Below are positions 41,301 through 53,883 of a stretch of DNA of 64,000 bases, one piece after another; positions within the stretch are counted from its first letter, which is position 1; every line of letters begins with the position of its first letter. A program made the position numbers and the translations under genes. The notes beneath the pieces were generated by a model, which saw only the letters and a program-made list of their open reading frames with translations, was not told the DNA's origin and made no database searches. Origin of the DNA: Cenococcum geophilum (Eukaryota); NCBI GenBank assembly GCA_050273025.1, contig CP158635.1, positions 17,236,001-17,300,000 on the forward strand. The letters run 5' to 3'.

Positions 41301-44300
41301 AGTTATTAACTTTTTAATTTCCTTCTAAGCCGCATAATTTTTAAAGGATATATTAGCTAGGAACGTATAGGATACCCTTTAGTTATATTAGATTAATATC
41401 TACCTAGGACCCCCTAATTAAATTATCCATAATATAGGAGAGAACTTCTTATCTATAGAGTTTTAATAATAGATAAAGGTAATAGTAATTAAGATTAAGG
41501 AAGTCCCCGTTAAGGCGTATAATAGTATTAAAAAAGTGGAGTAATATTACACGCTATTACGCCGCGTATATAAGATTATCTCTTTAGAACTAAAGGACGC
41601 TAGTAAAGAACTTACCTTGCAAATAGCTATTAAAGCTATTAATAATTCCGCTGGCCTAGATAGACTTATACCTATATTACTAGTCTTTAGCGCCTACCCT
41701 TAAATAACTAATAATTCTCTACTATCTCCCTCTATTATATAATAAGCTGAGGCTATTTATAAGGTAATAAAGGAGGTATAATGTCTCTACGTTATACGCT
41801 AGGTTAATAACGTATTAGGAATAAGAAATAGCCTAAATACCTTAACTATACTTAATCTGCCACTCTAGTCTAAAGTACGCGTATGGCGTAAAAAGGGAGG
41901 ATGGTTAGGCCTATATTAACTTATTATAATTAATAGTTAAACTTATACTATTTAAATGCCTTATAGACCTACTTAATTCCGTTTAACTATTATTAAGCCT
42001 TACTATAAAGATAATAATTCTAAGCCTTTATAGGATACCCTAGAAGATACCCTAAAAGAGAACTATAATTAATATGCTTTAGAAAACAACTACAATCCTA
42101 ATATAATTGTAGTAGATGCGCTATAACTATAACGCGGTAGAGGTCGCCTAAAGGGATTATAAAATTGCTAACATCTTATTAATTTTAAAGAATAATTTAT
42201 TGCCGCCATTAAGAATAGAGTTAAGTTATTAATGGCCTTTATAACAGCTAAAGAGAAGGCTAACTTTAAGCTCGCAAAATAGCTCTAAAAGGAAGATTAT
42301 ATTATAACCCTAGGAGTTCCTTTCTAAGTATTTAATAAGCAGGAGATCGACGGTCTTATTATAAGAGGAGTCTTTAAATTTAAGAAGTATAACCCTACTA
42401 AGTTTAATAAAGTTCGTATCTTTAAGTTAAGAATAGTTAACGAGATTAAAGGTAAAGCTACTAATACCCTATTTAAGAAATTAAGGCTTGTTATCTAAGG
42501 TTATAACGATAATAGTAAGGAGGTAATTCTTACGCAATCTCCTACGATTTAATAAGCTAGTTAGTAAATTATTATTACGCTAGCTCCCTCCTTAATAAAG
42601 AATAAAATAGCGGTTTATTTATAAGATATTACTTAAGCCTACACCTAATTAGAGACGTACCTTTAGCGCTTAATATTAGCATACCTTCTAGAGCAAATTT
42701 ACTACTAGTATCCTAAAGATACAATTATAGTTGTGCTTAAGCCATTATATAGAATTATAGAGGTAGGAACTTACTAGTAGGCTACCTATAGCAAGCACTA
42801 TAAAGAGAAACTTTTAATAACTACTTCTATATTTAATCCCTGCTTCCTTATTATAACCACAGGAACTCTATTTAGAATTATTGGCATATAAACTAACGAT
42901 ATAATTATCTTAGGGGACGACTAATTCTTAGCTCTTAAAGAAGATAAGCTAGTAAAGGCAAATCTTATAGTAAAGCTAAAAGAAAAGCTTAATTTAATAA
43001 CACTATTACTCTTTAATAGATGCATCCTTTCCCTAAATAAGGATTCTATTGCTTTACGCTAGAAGGGTTAAGGTAAGAAGATTAACGTTATTAACGTTAA
43101 TTTCCTAAAGCAAGGATATATGGAGCAACGCACTTACGAAGTTTATATTACTTCTATCTATTAACCTAAGGCTTTATTTAATCTCTCTGTTACTGCCTAA
43201 CACTAGAAACTAACTAAGGATAACGTTTTTGCCCTAAATAAATGTCTTTCTTAGTAAATAAACTATCTTAATCGGGGACTACTCTACGTGCTTATTAATC
43301 TTCCTACTACTAAGCTCTTTATATTTATTAATAGATCGTTTATAAATAATAAAGATTTTAGCTCCTAGTTAGGATATAAGATTATTATCGCGAACGAATT
43401 TACTAAAGAGAATAACTTTATAATCTATAGTAATCTTATTTATTAAAGCTTAACTAAGAGCAAGCGCGTTACCTAAAGTGTTTTAGCGTTAGAGATATAT
43501 AAAATAGTTAGCGGAGTTAATATAGTAATTGCAATTAAAACTACCCTAAAGATAATTATAGATTAACTTAAACTTCCTATTATCCCTATAATTGTATACA
43601 CTAACTTATATTCCCTCTATAAGTGTTTAGTTAAGCTTAGTACTATAAAGAAAAAGCGCCTTATAATTAATATTATAGCACTTTAACAATCCTATAAGCG
43701 TTAAAAACTCTTTAAGATTTAATAAATTAATGGCTAAGATAATCTAGTAGATATAATAATAAAGGCAAACCTAAATAAGGTACTAGAGATGTTTATTAAT
43801 ACAAATACTCTATATATATAAGTTAAAGGTTAGGTTAAAAGGAAGTCCCTAGAAATTTCTTAGTTACGTAAGGTCTTAAAATATCTAGGAACTTTAACCG
43901 GCGGTTAAAGTTATCTAATTAGTTAGATTCTCTTACTAAGACTTTTTAGAGTATAATATTTTATAGACCCTAACTTAATCTAGCCAATTAGGATTTTCTA
44001 TCCCTGGGATAGAAAATCGCTATTAGCTTACTTACTACTAGCGCCTTAGTGGCCCTCTAAATATAATATCTACCTATAACTCCTAAGTAAGAAAGCACTA
44101 TATGCTAAGAGGCAAATTTTAGGATAGCGAGACTTATATTATAATAGTAATAGTAAGTAAGAAGGATTAATATTTATTACGCTAGTCAAGCGGTATATAT
44201 ATATAGATAGTAACTATAAAAGAAGAGTTGCTAGTATTAGGAATAAAGGCAAGTGGTTACTATATAAGGTATATTGCCACCATATATAGCAAGTTGCCGT

Positions 44301-44456
44301 TACATGCGGCAAGTTGCCGTCACGTGCCGCCGCGGCACTAGCGTGGTAAGGAACCTTAAGTTCCTTACCCCTTTCTTTAAGAATTAATAATAAGAACAAT
44401 AATTATTATACTATCTACGAACCGTAGCTACGTGATATTCCCTTATGTAACCAACA
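38349..44456 (+). mobile_element. Full-length Ty1/Copia (GalEa-like) element C2
   Basis: 222-bp LTRs 38349-38570 and 44235-44456; TSD TTTTC (38344-38348 / 44457-44461); purine tract before the 3' LTR. Confidence 0.96.
38958..43863 (+). pseudogene. Copia gag-pol of C2 (order PR-IN-RT-RNase H), RIP-inactivated; boundaries approximate
   Basis: DTGAAG (40681), RQLHRRFGHP, VEAHNSIGKVERYH, KSRLVIQGY, RDITQAY, GMQTDD, FVDGSFANN, TDSYSLYE..KLGT.KEKRL.ID, NPAD.MTK (de-RIP). Confidence 0.88.
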
Positions 44457-45152
44457 TTTTCCTTTAGCTTTACTATAAGATTTGCCTTTACTAGCTTGTC
44501 TTCTTTAAGAGCTAAGAATTGGTTGTCTCCTAAAATAATTATATTATTAGTTTATATACTAATAATTCTAAATAAAGTTCCTATAGTTGTAATAAGGAAG
44601 CAGGGATTAAATATAGAAGTAGTTATTAAAAGCTTCTTTTTATGGTGCTTGCTGTAGGTAGCCTACTAGTAAATTCCTACCTCTATAATCCTATATAATG
44701 GCTTAAGCACAACTATAATTATATCTTTAGGATACTAATAGCGAATTTACTCTAAAAGGTATGCTAATATTAAGCGCTAAAGGTGCGTCTTTAATTAGGT
44801 ATAGGCTTAAGTAATATCTTATAAATAAACCGCCATTTTATTCTTTATTAAGGAGGAAGCTAGCGCAATAATAACTCGCTAACTAGCTTGTTAAATTATA
44901 GGAGACTATATAAAAATTACCTCCTTACTATTATTATTATAGCCTTAAATAATAAGCCTTAATTTCTTAAATAGGGCGTTAGTAGCTTTGCCCTTAATCT
45001 TATTAACTATTCTTAACTTAAAGATGCGAACTCTATTAAACTTAATAGGGTCATACTTCTTAAATTTAAAGACTTCTCTTATAATAAGACTATTGATCTC
45101 CTACTTATTGGATACTTAAAAAGGAGCTCCTAAAGTTATAATATAACCTTCC

Positions 45153-45598
45153 TGTAACGTAGCCCGCCTCTACGTCGCCATACGGCCAAAAAGACTGAGA
45201 GTGCTTGCGAACTTATCGTAAGCGCGGCGGGACCTAATATATATACTCTTACAATTGCCCTTTTCTCTGCGCGCTCGTTCCCGAGCGCTCGCAAAAATTC
45301 CTCTATACGCCCGTTTGGGCCTCTATAGGGATTAAATGCCAAGAGTATTACTATATTAGTTAGTCCCTAGTAATATAAGCAATCGGAATCTCCACTAACG
45401 CCTTATCGTATAAATGCGCGTTAGACTGTACTAGAGCGAAGTGACTAATAGGGATCGAACCCACAACACCTGGCCCCAGTAAGTTCGCAAGCACAATTAT
45501 AACGTGGCCTGCCTCCACGTCACTATACGGCCAAAAAGACTAAGAGTGCTTGCGAACTTATTGTAAGCGTGGCGGGACCTAATATATATACTCTTACA
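45153..45598 (-). mobile_element. TRIM (terminal-repeat retrotransposon in miniature), 446 bp
   Basis: Two 101-bp LTRs (45153-45253, 45498-45598; TG...CA); TSD CTTCC on both sides, single GGAAG at the empty site in C2 (42291-42295); PPT AGAGAAAAGGG on - next to the left LTR; 244-bp internal region. Confidence 0.93.
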
Positions 45599-48500
45599 CT
45601 TCCTTTTAGAGCTATTTTGTAAGTTTGAAGTTAGCCTTCTCCTTTGCTGTTATAAAGGCTATTAATAACTTAACTCTATTCTTAATAGCGGTAATAAATT
45701 GTTCTTTAAAATTAATAAGATATTAGCAATTTTATAATCCCTTTAAATAACCTCTGCCGCGTTATAGTTATAGCATATCTACTATAATTATATTAGAATT
45801 ATAGTCGCCTTTTAGAGCATATTAATTATAGTTCTCTTTTAGGGTATCTTTTAGGGCATCCTATAAAGGCTTAGAATTATTATCTTTATAATAAGGCTTA
45901 ATAACAGTTAAATGGAATTAAGTAGGTCTGTAAGGCATCTAAATAGTATAAGTTTAACTATTAATTATAATAAGTTAGTATAAGCCTAACTATCCTCCCT
46001 TTTTACGCTATACGCGTACCTTAAACTAGAGTGGCAGATTAAGTATAGTTAAGGTATTTAGGCTATTTCTTATTCCTAGTATATTATTAACCTAGTATAT
46101 AGCATAGAGACGTCACATCTCCTTTATTACCTTGTAAATAGCCTTAGCTTATTATATAATAGAGGGAGATAGTAAAGAATTATTAGTTATTTAAGGGTAG
46201 GCGCTAAAGACTAGCAATATAGGTATAAGTCTATCTAGGCCAGCGGAATTATTAATAGCTTTAATAGCTATTTATAAGGTAAGTTTTTTACTAGCGTCCT
46301 TTAATTTTAAAGAGATAATCTTATATACGCGGCGTAATAGCGCGTAATATCGTTTTACTTTTTTAATACTATTATATGCCTTAATAGGGACTTCCTTAAC
46401 CTTAATTACTATTACCTTTATTTATTATTAAAACTCTATAGATAAGAAGTTCTTTTTTATATTATAGATAATTTAATTAGGGGGTCCTAAATAGATATTA
46501 ATCTAGTATAATTAAAGGGTCTCCTATACGTTTCTGGCTAATATATCTTTTAAGAAACGCGCGGCTTAAAAGGAGGTTAAGAAGTTAATAACTTAGAGTA
46601 CTAGCTTACCGCTAAGATATATAATATTAACAATAATATAAAAGTTAAAGTTATAGTTATTCTTAAGGGTAAACTTAAATCGGCTAGGGGACTTCTAGTT
46701 TATTTAGTAGTAATAGCAATACTTTATAAGATGCTTAATTACCTTAACCTTAACTTTATAGCCTACTTACTAAAGAACTTTAAGTAATTAATAAATAGAT
46801 AGGTGGCTAAAATAATAGTGTAGTTGGCGTAATTCTAACTTAGTTAAGTAGTTTTAAGTAATACTCTTTTTTAGTTAATAAAGAAGTAACTAGGGGTAAC
46901 CCTACTTACGCATAATAGGTACCTAATTATCTCCCTAAATAAGTATATTCTTAAGGTTGTTAAGCCTAATACTTAACTTATCTATATCTTTAATATAAAA
47001 TAGAAATAGAGTATTTATAGAAATAATATAAAAACTAATATACCCTAAGGGGGTTTAAACCCTAATTATACCGAGAGAGATTATAGTACCTTTACTAAAA
47101 TAAATTGTATACTAGCCTACCGTTAAATAGTTAATCTAAATAAAGCTATTAAGCTACTAAAGGGCTTAAACTTAAGGTTCTTTTACTATAGATATTCCTA
47201 TGGCTTTAGTATCTGGTATAATACTATAGAAGACATTCGCTAAGTATTTATTATTAAAGGAAAATATAGAGCTCTCCTTTAGCTTATTAAAGATATCTAA
47301 CTTTATAATAGAATAGAGCGTAAATTGGTTATTAAGGATAGCAACGGTTTATATACTATTTACCTTACTATACTTAGTAAAGTATTAGTTAGGTAAGTAG
47401 TTCTTAATTTCTATATCTATAAGGAGCTATTTAGTCTTATTAACCTTACCCTTAAGGTCTTCTACGCCTTTATATTAAACTAGAAAGCTTTAGAAGTAGG
47501 TTATAGTAACCTTATAATTTTTAACATTTCTTATACTTTAACAGAACTTATTATATGCCTCTTTTTACTTATTAAGGGAGTATTTAGTTAACTAGTAATT
47601 TGGCTTCTTATAAATGTAGTATTTCTTCTAGTAATTACTTTAAAATAAACCTCTATAAGGACCTCTATAATTACCTTATAGTTAATATTAATTATACCCT
47701 CTTCTATATTCCCTACTACGGCCACTATATATTTAATTAGTCTAGTTATAATTATATTAGTTAGGAATACTTAGTTAGGTAGGGTTTTTGGTATAAAACT
47801 ATTAAGATTCTTATATTTATATTATAGTACCTATAGTAGAGCGTAGCTTAGTATATACTTTTTTAAATATATTTATAGGTTTATATAGCGCTAAGTTATA
47901 CTTAGAAACGTTATAGCATACTAAAATAACCTAGTCCCTTAGGCTGTTCTTATTTTAGTAAGTTTTAGTAAAGCTATATTAGATTTTCTAGAGTTTATTA
48001 AAGAGTAGTTAAAGGCACTCTAAATAAGTCTTTATTAGGTTAGAAGTAATAACTCTCTAGAATATAGTCTCCCCCCATTTAGATATATAAAGTTAGCAAT
48101 TCTTATTAGTCTTAAAGTAGGCTTTAGTAAGCTAAAGTATTACATTAAAGTTATAGTTTTTACCTGTAATATAGTTATAATAGAATATTACCGCCTATCC
48201 CTTTAATATAACAGAGAAAGCGTAATAATACTAGTAGCGTTAAATTCTAACCTTATTATAACAGTTATAAAAAACCTATAGTTTTACTCTAAGTATATTA
48301 TATAGTTCTTTTTTAAACTTCTTCTCTTTATTTAAATATACCTTTATTAGATTTATAACTTCTTATAGTAAAGGCTTACCGGTTAGCTAGAGTAGAGGAG
48401 GTAAAGGCGGAGTAACTCTAAGTAGGAGAGTACCTTTAGGTAGGAGAGCAGCTCTAGGTAGGGGGTTAGTATTCTAGGGGTTTTAATACGAATTAAAGTT

Positions 48501-49571
48501 GCCTTTTAAAGAATATAGGTTATTTTTAGGTTTCTATAGTTAATATATAATCTTAGCTTCCGTCTATATTAGTTCTTCTATACTAGTAATAACGGCCTAA
48601 ATATTGCTAGCAATTAGGTTACCGTTTTTAGTAATATATACCTTATTCCTATAGAGAAAGTCTTAAAAGTCCTAAACAATATTAACGTTACTAAGTACCT
48701 AGGTATTAGCAGTCTATCCTATAAAATCCTCCCTAAAATACTTATATAGTTATAAGTCGGCGTAATATCTATTTTAGTAGAATATAATATAGTATAGGAG
48801 AAAGCTATTAACTTATTTTATGGTATAAGTTATTATATTAAAGGTGAATTTATCCCAATCTTTATTAATAAGTTTTGCGTACTTAGCTACCCCTAGTAGT
48901 AAAGAGTCTTTCTAGTTATTTAAGGTAGGCGTAGCCATGTTTTTAAAGAGAGGGAAGTATTATTAGTGTAGGGATTGTCGTTTAGTACGCGTTCGTAATA
49001 TATATTTATTGTTTAGTACGCGTTTATTATTTAATACGCGTTTATTATTTAGTACGCGTTTATTATTTAGTACGCGTTCGTGACGTATATTTGCGGTTAT
49101 AGGGCTTAGGACCAGTTCTAGCCTTAAATCGCGAAGACTTATAAAGCGTATTGTTCTACGTAATAGACGCAAGAATCCGTAATCTTAGAAAGGCTTAGGA
49201 CTAGTTCTAGCCTTTAAATCCTTAAATTTATAGAAGAATTCTATTTAAGGTTTAGAACCAGTTCTAACCTTAAAAGACAGCTTTCTCTAGCACGAGTAGC
49301 ACTGGTATAGTAGCTTGTCTCTTCTTGGTGGAATACCTAGCTATTCTATAGTATAACAGTAAAGTTAACTACTAATTAGTGTTGGTTACACAAGGGGATA
49401 TCACGTAGCTACGGTTCGTAGATAGTATAATAATTATTCTTTTATATGTTAGGGAGGGCAAGGGGCTTAAGGCTCCTCGCTACGCTACTGCCGCGGCGAT
49501 ACGTAACGGCAACTTGCCACCCGTAATAGCAATTTGCCTTATATAGTGACCACTTGCCTTTATTCCTAACA

Positions 49572-51182
49572 AAGGTTTATAATAAGGGCAATTTATATTA
49601 TTTTAAATTTAAATAGTTATATATATGTTTATAGGGTAAGTAATATTTTAAATAATAGCTTAGGCAATAGGTTATATAGAACTTAAGTATTTCTTTAACC
49701 TAGCTAATTAAAGGGTTATGTTATTTTAGCTATTTATATCTAAGTATTACTTTATAATACTTTAGGGGTATTATAAATAGGGAAATATATTTAAGGTATT
49801 TACTTATCCGCAATTTTATAAGAGCGTAGTACGTTAGTTTACTATATATTAAGGGTTTACTATTAAAGCCTTATAGGCCTTAAGGCTTATTAAGTTTCTT
49901 TAAATTTAGGTATTAAGTTTTTGCGTAGTTCGTATTAATAAAGCCTATACTAGTAGCTCCGCTATCTATTAGGATTTATACCTTCTTTTATTTTTTAAGT
50001 ATTTAAATTTCGCTAAGTATATTAAGGGAGTTATATTATATATTAGCGCTAGAAGAGCCTAAATACTTATACTCTTCCACTTTTTATCTTAAGGCGTAAC
50101 TTGGCCCTAGAATAATTTATTTTCTAAGTTAAGTAAAGGTAAGATACTTTATAGTAATTAAGTATAATTTATAAAATAAGTATAATTTAAGGACTAAGAG
50201 GAATTATAGCGGACCTTTTTAAAGGGGTAAGTTTAGTAATTCCTTTAAATATATCCCTTTTTACTATATCTAAAGCATTCTCTATTTATAGCTCGTGTTC
50301 TTTATTTATTAGTTCTTAAGGGTATATAGGATTAAGTAGCGTTAAGGTCTATAGAGTTATATATAGGGCTTTTAGGTTTTAGAGATAGGTCGCGCTTTAG
50401 GGTATATACCGGTTTCGTAGAGTTTTAGATATAAGGTATAGTTAGCTTTAGAAAATAAGTCTATTTGTTATCCCTTGGCCCGTCAGCGTCCAACGAGTAG
50501 TGGTCCGTACGCGAATACCAATTTCAAAACAACAAGTGTACTTACCTACTACAATGCAGAATACAGTTCTACAGGAAGGGTAAGTGCTAGCAACTTTATA
50601 TCAAGCGACTTAACTCCTAAAATTAGGCGTGTATATCAAATTATTACAAATTAAAAGCGTTATGTTCCTCAGTACGGGCGTTAAATTCAGCGCGGTTAAC
50701 TGGCTAGTTCTTATCGATAACCGTTAGACGCGAATTGACGGGCCAAGGGATATTAAAGGTCCTTATTAATTCGTTAATATATTATAGCAAATTTAGGTAA
50801 GTTTTTTAGTAATTCCCTACCTACTAACTAGGCTCTAATTTTATCTAAAATAGCTTATTAAAGAGTAACAACTTTAGCAGCTTTATTTTAATCTAGCTTA
50901 CTAATAAAACCTAAAAATTCTAAAAAAGCTAGTAAAGTCTTAGTTCCGTTATTATAGTTTCTTAAGTTTTATAATAGCTATATATTCGCGGCTAGCGTTA
51001 TTATATATTAATTTTAGTAAAGAGATAAAGATTTTAAAGTTAATAAAGGTGCTATTATAGAAGAATAGGTCTATAGTTTATATAGCGTCTTTACTTAAAT
51101 AAGATATTCTATAGCTAATTTTGCTAGCTTTAGTAGGGTATTAGTTATAGTTTATTAAAAGTTTAAGGCGGAGCTTAATTAT
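49572..51182 (-). pseudogene. Older Gypsy family C, fragment 4: protease and gag (contains MITE-2)
   Basis: IDSGAT.IGFIDTNYA near 49920-49970; gag-like ..YDDASREY.A..KL.KL.QRN.DF near 50930-51010. Confidence 0.75.
50472..50749. mobile_element. 278-bp non-autonomous TIR element (MITE-2)
   Basis: Perfect 14-bp TIR CCCTTGGCCCGTCA, AT on both sides, not RIPed; same CCCTTG terminus as MITE-1. Confidence 0.9.
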
Positions 51183-51686
51183 TGTCACAGTACGTGCCGA
51201 CTGTCAAGGTACGAAGTACGAGGTAACTTATCAGCATTTTGTTGGGGTGCTAAGATCCTAAAGGCCTCCTGACAGGATTTTGACTTTCCTGGAGGTCCTG
51301 ATTGTTTTAGTAGGCTCCTAGCAGGCTTCTGGCAGGCTCCTAGCAGGATTTTGATTTTCCTAATTGTTCTAGTTGTCCTGACAGGCTCCTAGTAGGATCT
51401 TTAATTTCCTAATCGTCCTCTTACGGTCCTGTTAGGGTCCTAATAGGAAACTAGTATTTCCTAATTGTTCCTAACAGGCTCCTAGCAGGATCTTAATTTT
51501 CCTAATCGTCCTGTTAGGTTCCTGACAGGATACCCCTAAGCGACACCCCCCCCCCCAAAGCGACACCTCCTATGCACACCCCTTAAGACACCCCCCCAAT
51601 GCGACACCCTCCCCACTGTAATACCCCCCCTAATAGGATACCTCCCCCCTAATGCGACACGACCCTATGTGCGCGTGCGCGTGACA
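51183..51686. repeat. Putative 504-bp LTR-like segment (TGTCAC...GTGACA) with internal repeat arrays
   Basis: Abrupt composition change at 51183 and 6-bp inverted termini. No partner or TSD in the window. Confidence 0.45.
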
Positions 51687-51819
51687 CACAGTGCTATTAG
51701 GTCCCCGCTATATTCCCAATAGCCTACACGTGCCTCTGCCAAGTTACCCCCTTTACAGTCACCCCATTCTTTACCCTTCCTTATATCCTCCCTTAGGAGG
51801 CACTAGAACGGCAGCCAGC

Positions 51820-52610
51820 AGAGGACCGTCGCCAAAACCAGACGACCGTCGCCAGAACCAGACGACCGTTATAAGAACTAGACGACAACCTTTCGAACAA
51901 CCAGCTAGCGAAGACCACGAACAATTCAATTGATCGATTAATCGAATTTAATATTGGCCTATTACCGAATCGTATCAAGGCCTCCTAGGGAGGCACCCTA
52001 GATAACTACCGTTCGAATGTACAGCTAGCGAACGGCCATAGAGAACGACCTGGATTAATTAGAGCCTTCGATCAGGCCGACCTCTCCCCTAAATTAAATT
52101 AGATACTGACATAGGCAGGCAGGCAGGTAGGTAGGTAGGTAGGTAGGTAGGTAGGTAGGTAGGTAGGTAGGTAGGTAGGTAGGTAGGTAGGTAGGTAGGT
52201 AGGTAAGTAGGTAGGTAGATAGGCAGGTAGGCAGGCAAGTAGGAGAGGACCGTTGTCAGAACCAGACAATAATCGTTCGAACGACTAGCCAGCGAACACC
52301 ACGATCGATTCGATCGATCGATCGAATCGAACTAGAGCCTTAATATCAGCCTATTACCGAATTAAATCAAATCAAGGCCTCCTAGGGAGGCACCCCAGAT
52401 GACCACCGTTTAAACGTACAGCCAATGAACGCCCATGGAGAACGATTCGAATCAATACAATTAATCGCAATCGAATTAAGCAGAGCCTTCGATCGGGCCG
52501 ACCTCTCCCCCGAATTACAGATATAGACAGGTAGGCATAGACAGGTAGGCACGACAGGCACAGGCAGGCATAGATAGGTAGGATAGGCAGATAGGCAGGT
52601 AGGCAGGCAC
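51820..52610. repeat. Diverged tandem duplication (~425-bp unit), each unit ending in an AGGC/AGGT-rich tract
   Basis: AGAGGACCGT..AACCAGAC, GCCTATTACCGAAT, ATCAAGGCCTCCTAGGGAGGCACC and AGAGCCTTCGATC.GGCCGACCTCTCCCC each occur twice in the same order. Confidence 0.8.
52113..52238. repeat. (AGGT)n/(AGGC)n microsatellite
   Basis: Directly visible tetranucleotide run. Confidence 0.95.
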
Positions 52611-53883
52611 TAGGCCTAGTTAGGAAATCAGCACACGGCCGGCGGATTATCGGGAACACCACCAATCGACGATTTAGAGCCTCCGCGAGAGGCTCCTTAG
52701 TTAATCGCCCGACGCCCGAGCGATTATAGAGCTCTATAACAGACACAGGCGGTAAACAGGAGAGATTTATTTAGATTATTTAGATTATATATAATTAAAA
52801 TTAATTTTGTATTTTTTAACTAGCTGCAAATACTGGAGTGTTAATATACCTTATTAAAAGGAGCTCTTGCTGCACCCGGCCTAAAAAGACCAAAACCAAC
52901 CAAAAGAACCCTGAAAAACACCCAGAGAATCCCCCTGAGATGCATGCATCGCAGGGGAGGCACACGTTAAACGACGGTGGCTCGCACTTACGCGCGACCG
53001 CTAGAACTACGCCTAGCAATGGCCCTCTATAATAAAGACGGGCGAATACCACACTATAAAGCGGAAATACCTTTATTAAGAAGGCATCTAATAAAATATA
53101 AAGCCTATTAGACGCGTTTAGTATCTAGAATTATAGGGGAGTAACTATTAGCTATAATAAACTAATATAGCTAGTAGAATAGCTCCGCTAGTCTAGTAAA
53201 CCTTAGGCGCCCCTTTAGTAAACCCTTAATTAAATCCTCTAACGGCTAAGTAAAATTAAAAATAAGTATAACCCCCCCTTATCAGCGAACCGTACCTAGG
53301 CCGCCGTAGCTACGCTTTTATAGCATAGGGAACCCACCTCCCTTAAGTTAATAACCGGGTATATAATTATAATATAACCAAATACAGAATAAGCAGAGGG
53401 GCTTAGGGGATAATTAGAAATAGAAGTCCTTATAAAGATACGTAAAGAGGTTTATAACGCTATTATAGTCCAATACCTTAAGAGCGGAGATATTAGAGTT
53501 ACCCTAAAGGACTAATAGGCAAAGGAATAAGCCGTAAGGGTAGGGGATAGGCTAGAAGAACGTATTAGTATAAAAGTACTTCGTAAGGATTACCTAGTTA
53601 AAGTCCTAGTGGTTTTTATAAGCCTTAGGGTAGAAAAGGGACGCTAGGCGGACAATATAGCAATTATATAGGAGATAGTAAGATAAACGGAACACCTTAT
53701 ACTAGGACTTAAAATCACCTAAATCTAATAGCTTTAATAGGAAAATATAAACTAAGTATATAATAAGAATAATAAGAGGATATAAGGGTCGCTAGAAACT
53801 TGCTAAGGAGACGCTAAATAAATACATGGCTCCCTTATCGTTAGTATATATATACTAGGAATGCAAAAACTCCTTATCTAAAA

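Larger units (their letters stand above)
36880..49571 (-). mobile_element. Ty1/Copia (GalEa-like) element C1, interrupted by C2 and a TRIM
   Basis: 3' LTR 36880-37091, 5' LTR 49380-49571 (TGTT...AACA). Flanks share AAGG (imperfect TSD). Internal part is the reverse complement of C2. Confidence 0.92.

Noticed and set aside
45136..45342. 68-aa ORF in the TRIM
   Set aside because: Non-ATG start, runs through the LTR into flanking Copia DNA, no recognisable domain.
45440..45500. Complete tRNA gene
   Set aside because: Only a T-arm/B-box is evident; I could not fold a full cloverleaf.
48963..49172. ORF with NNKRVL repeats
   Set aside because: Translation of an 18-bp DNA tandem repeat with a non-ATG start.
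52113..52238. Telomeric repeat
   Set aside because: Unit is AGGT/AGGC, not TTAGGG, and it is internal.
51691..53052. Cluster of short ORFs as host genes
   Set aside because: They overlap repeats or microsatellite, or the LINE 5' region; only the end of 52838-53032 is real LINE ORF1.
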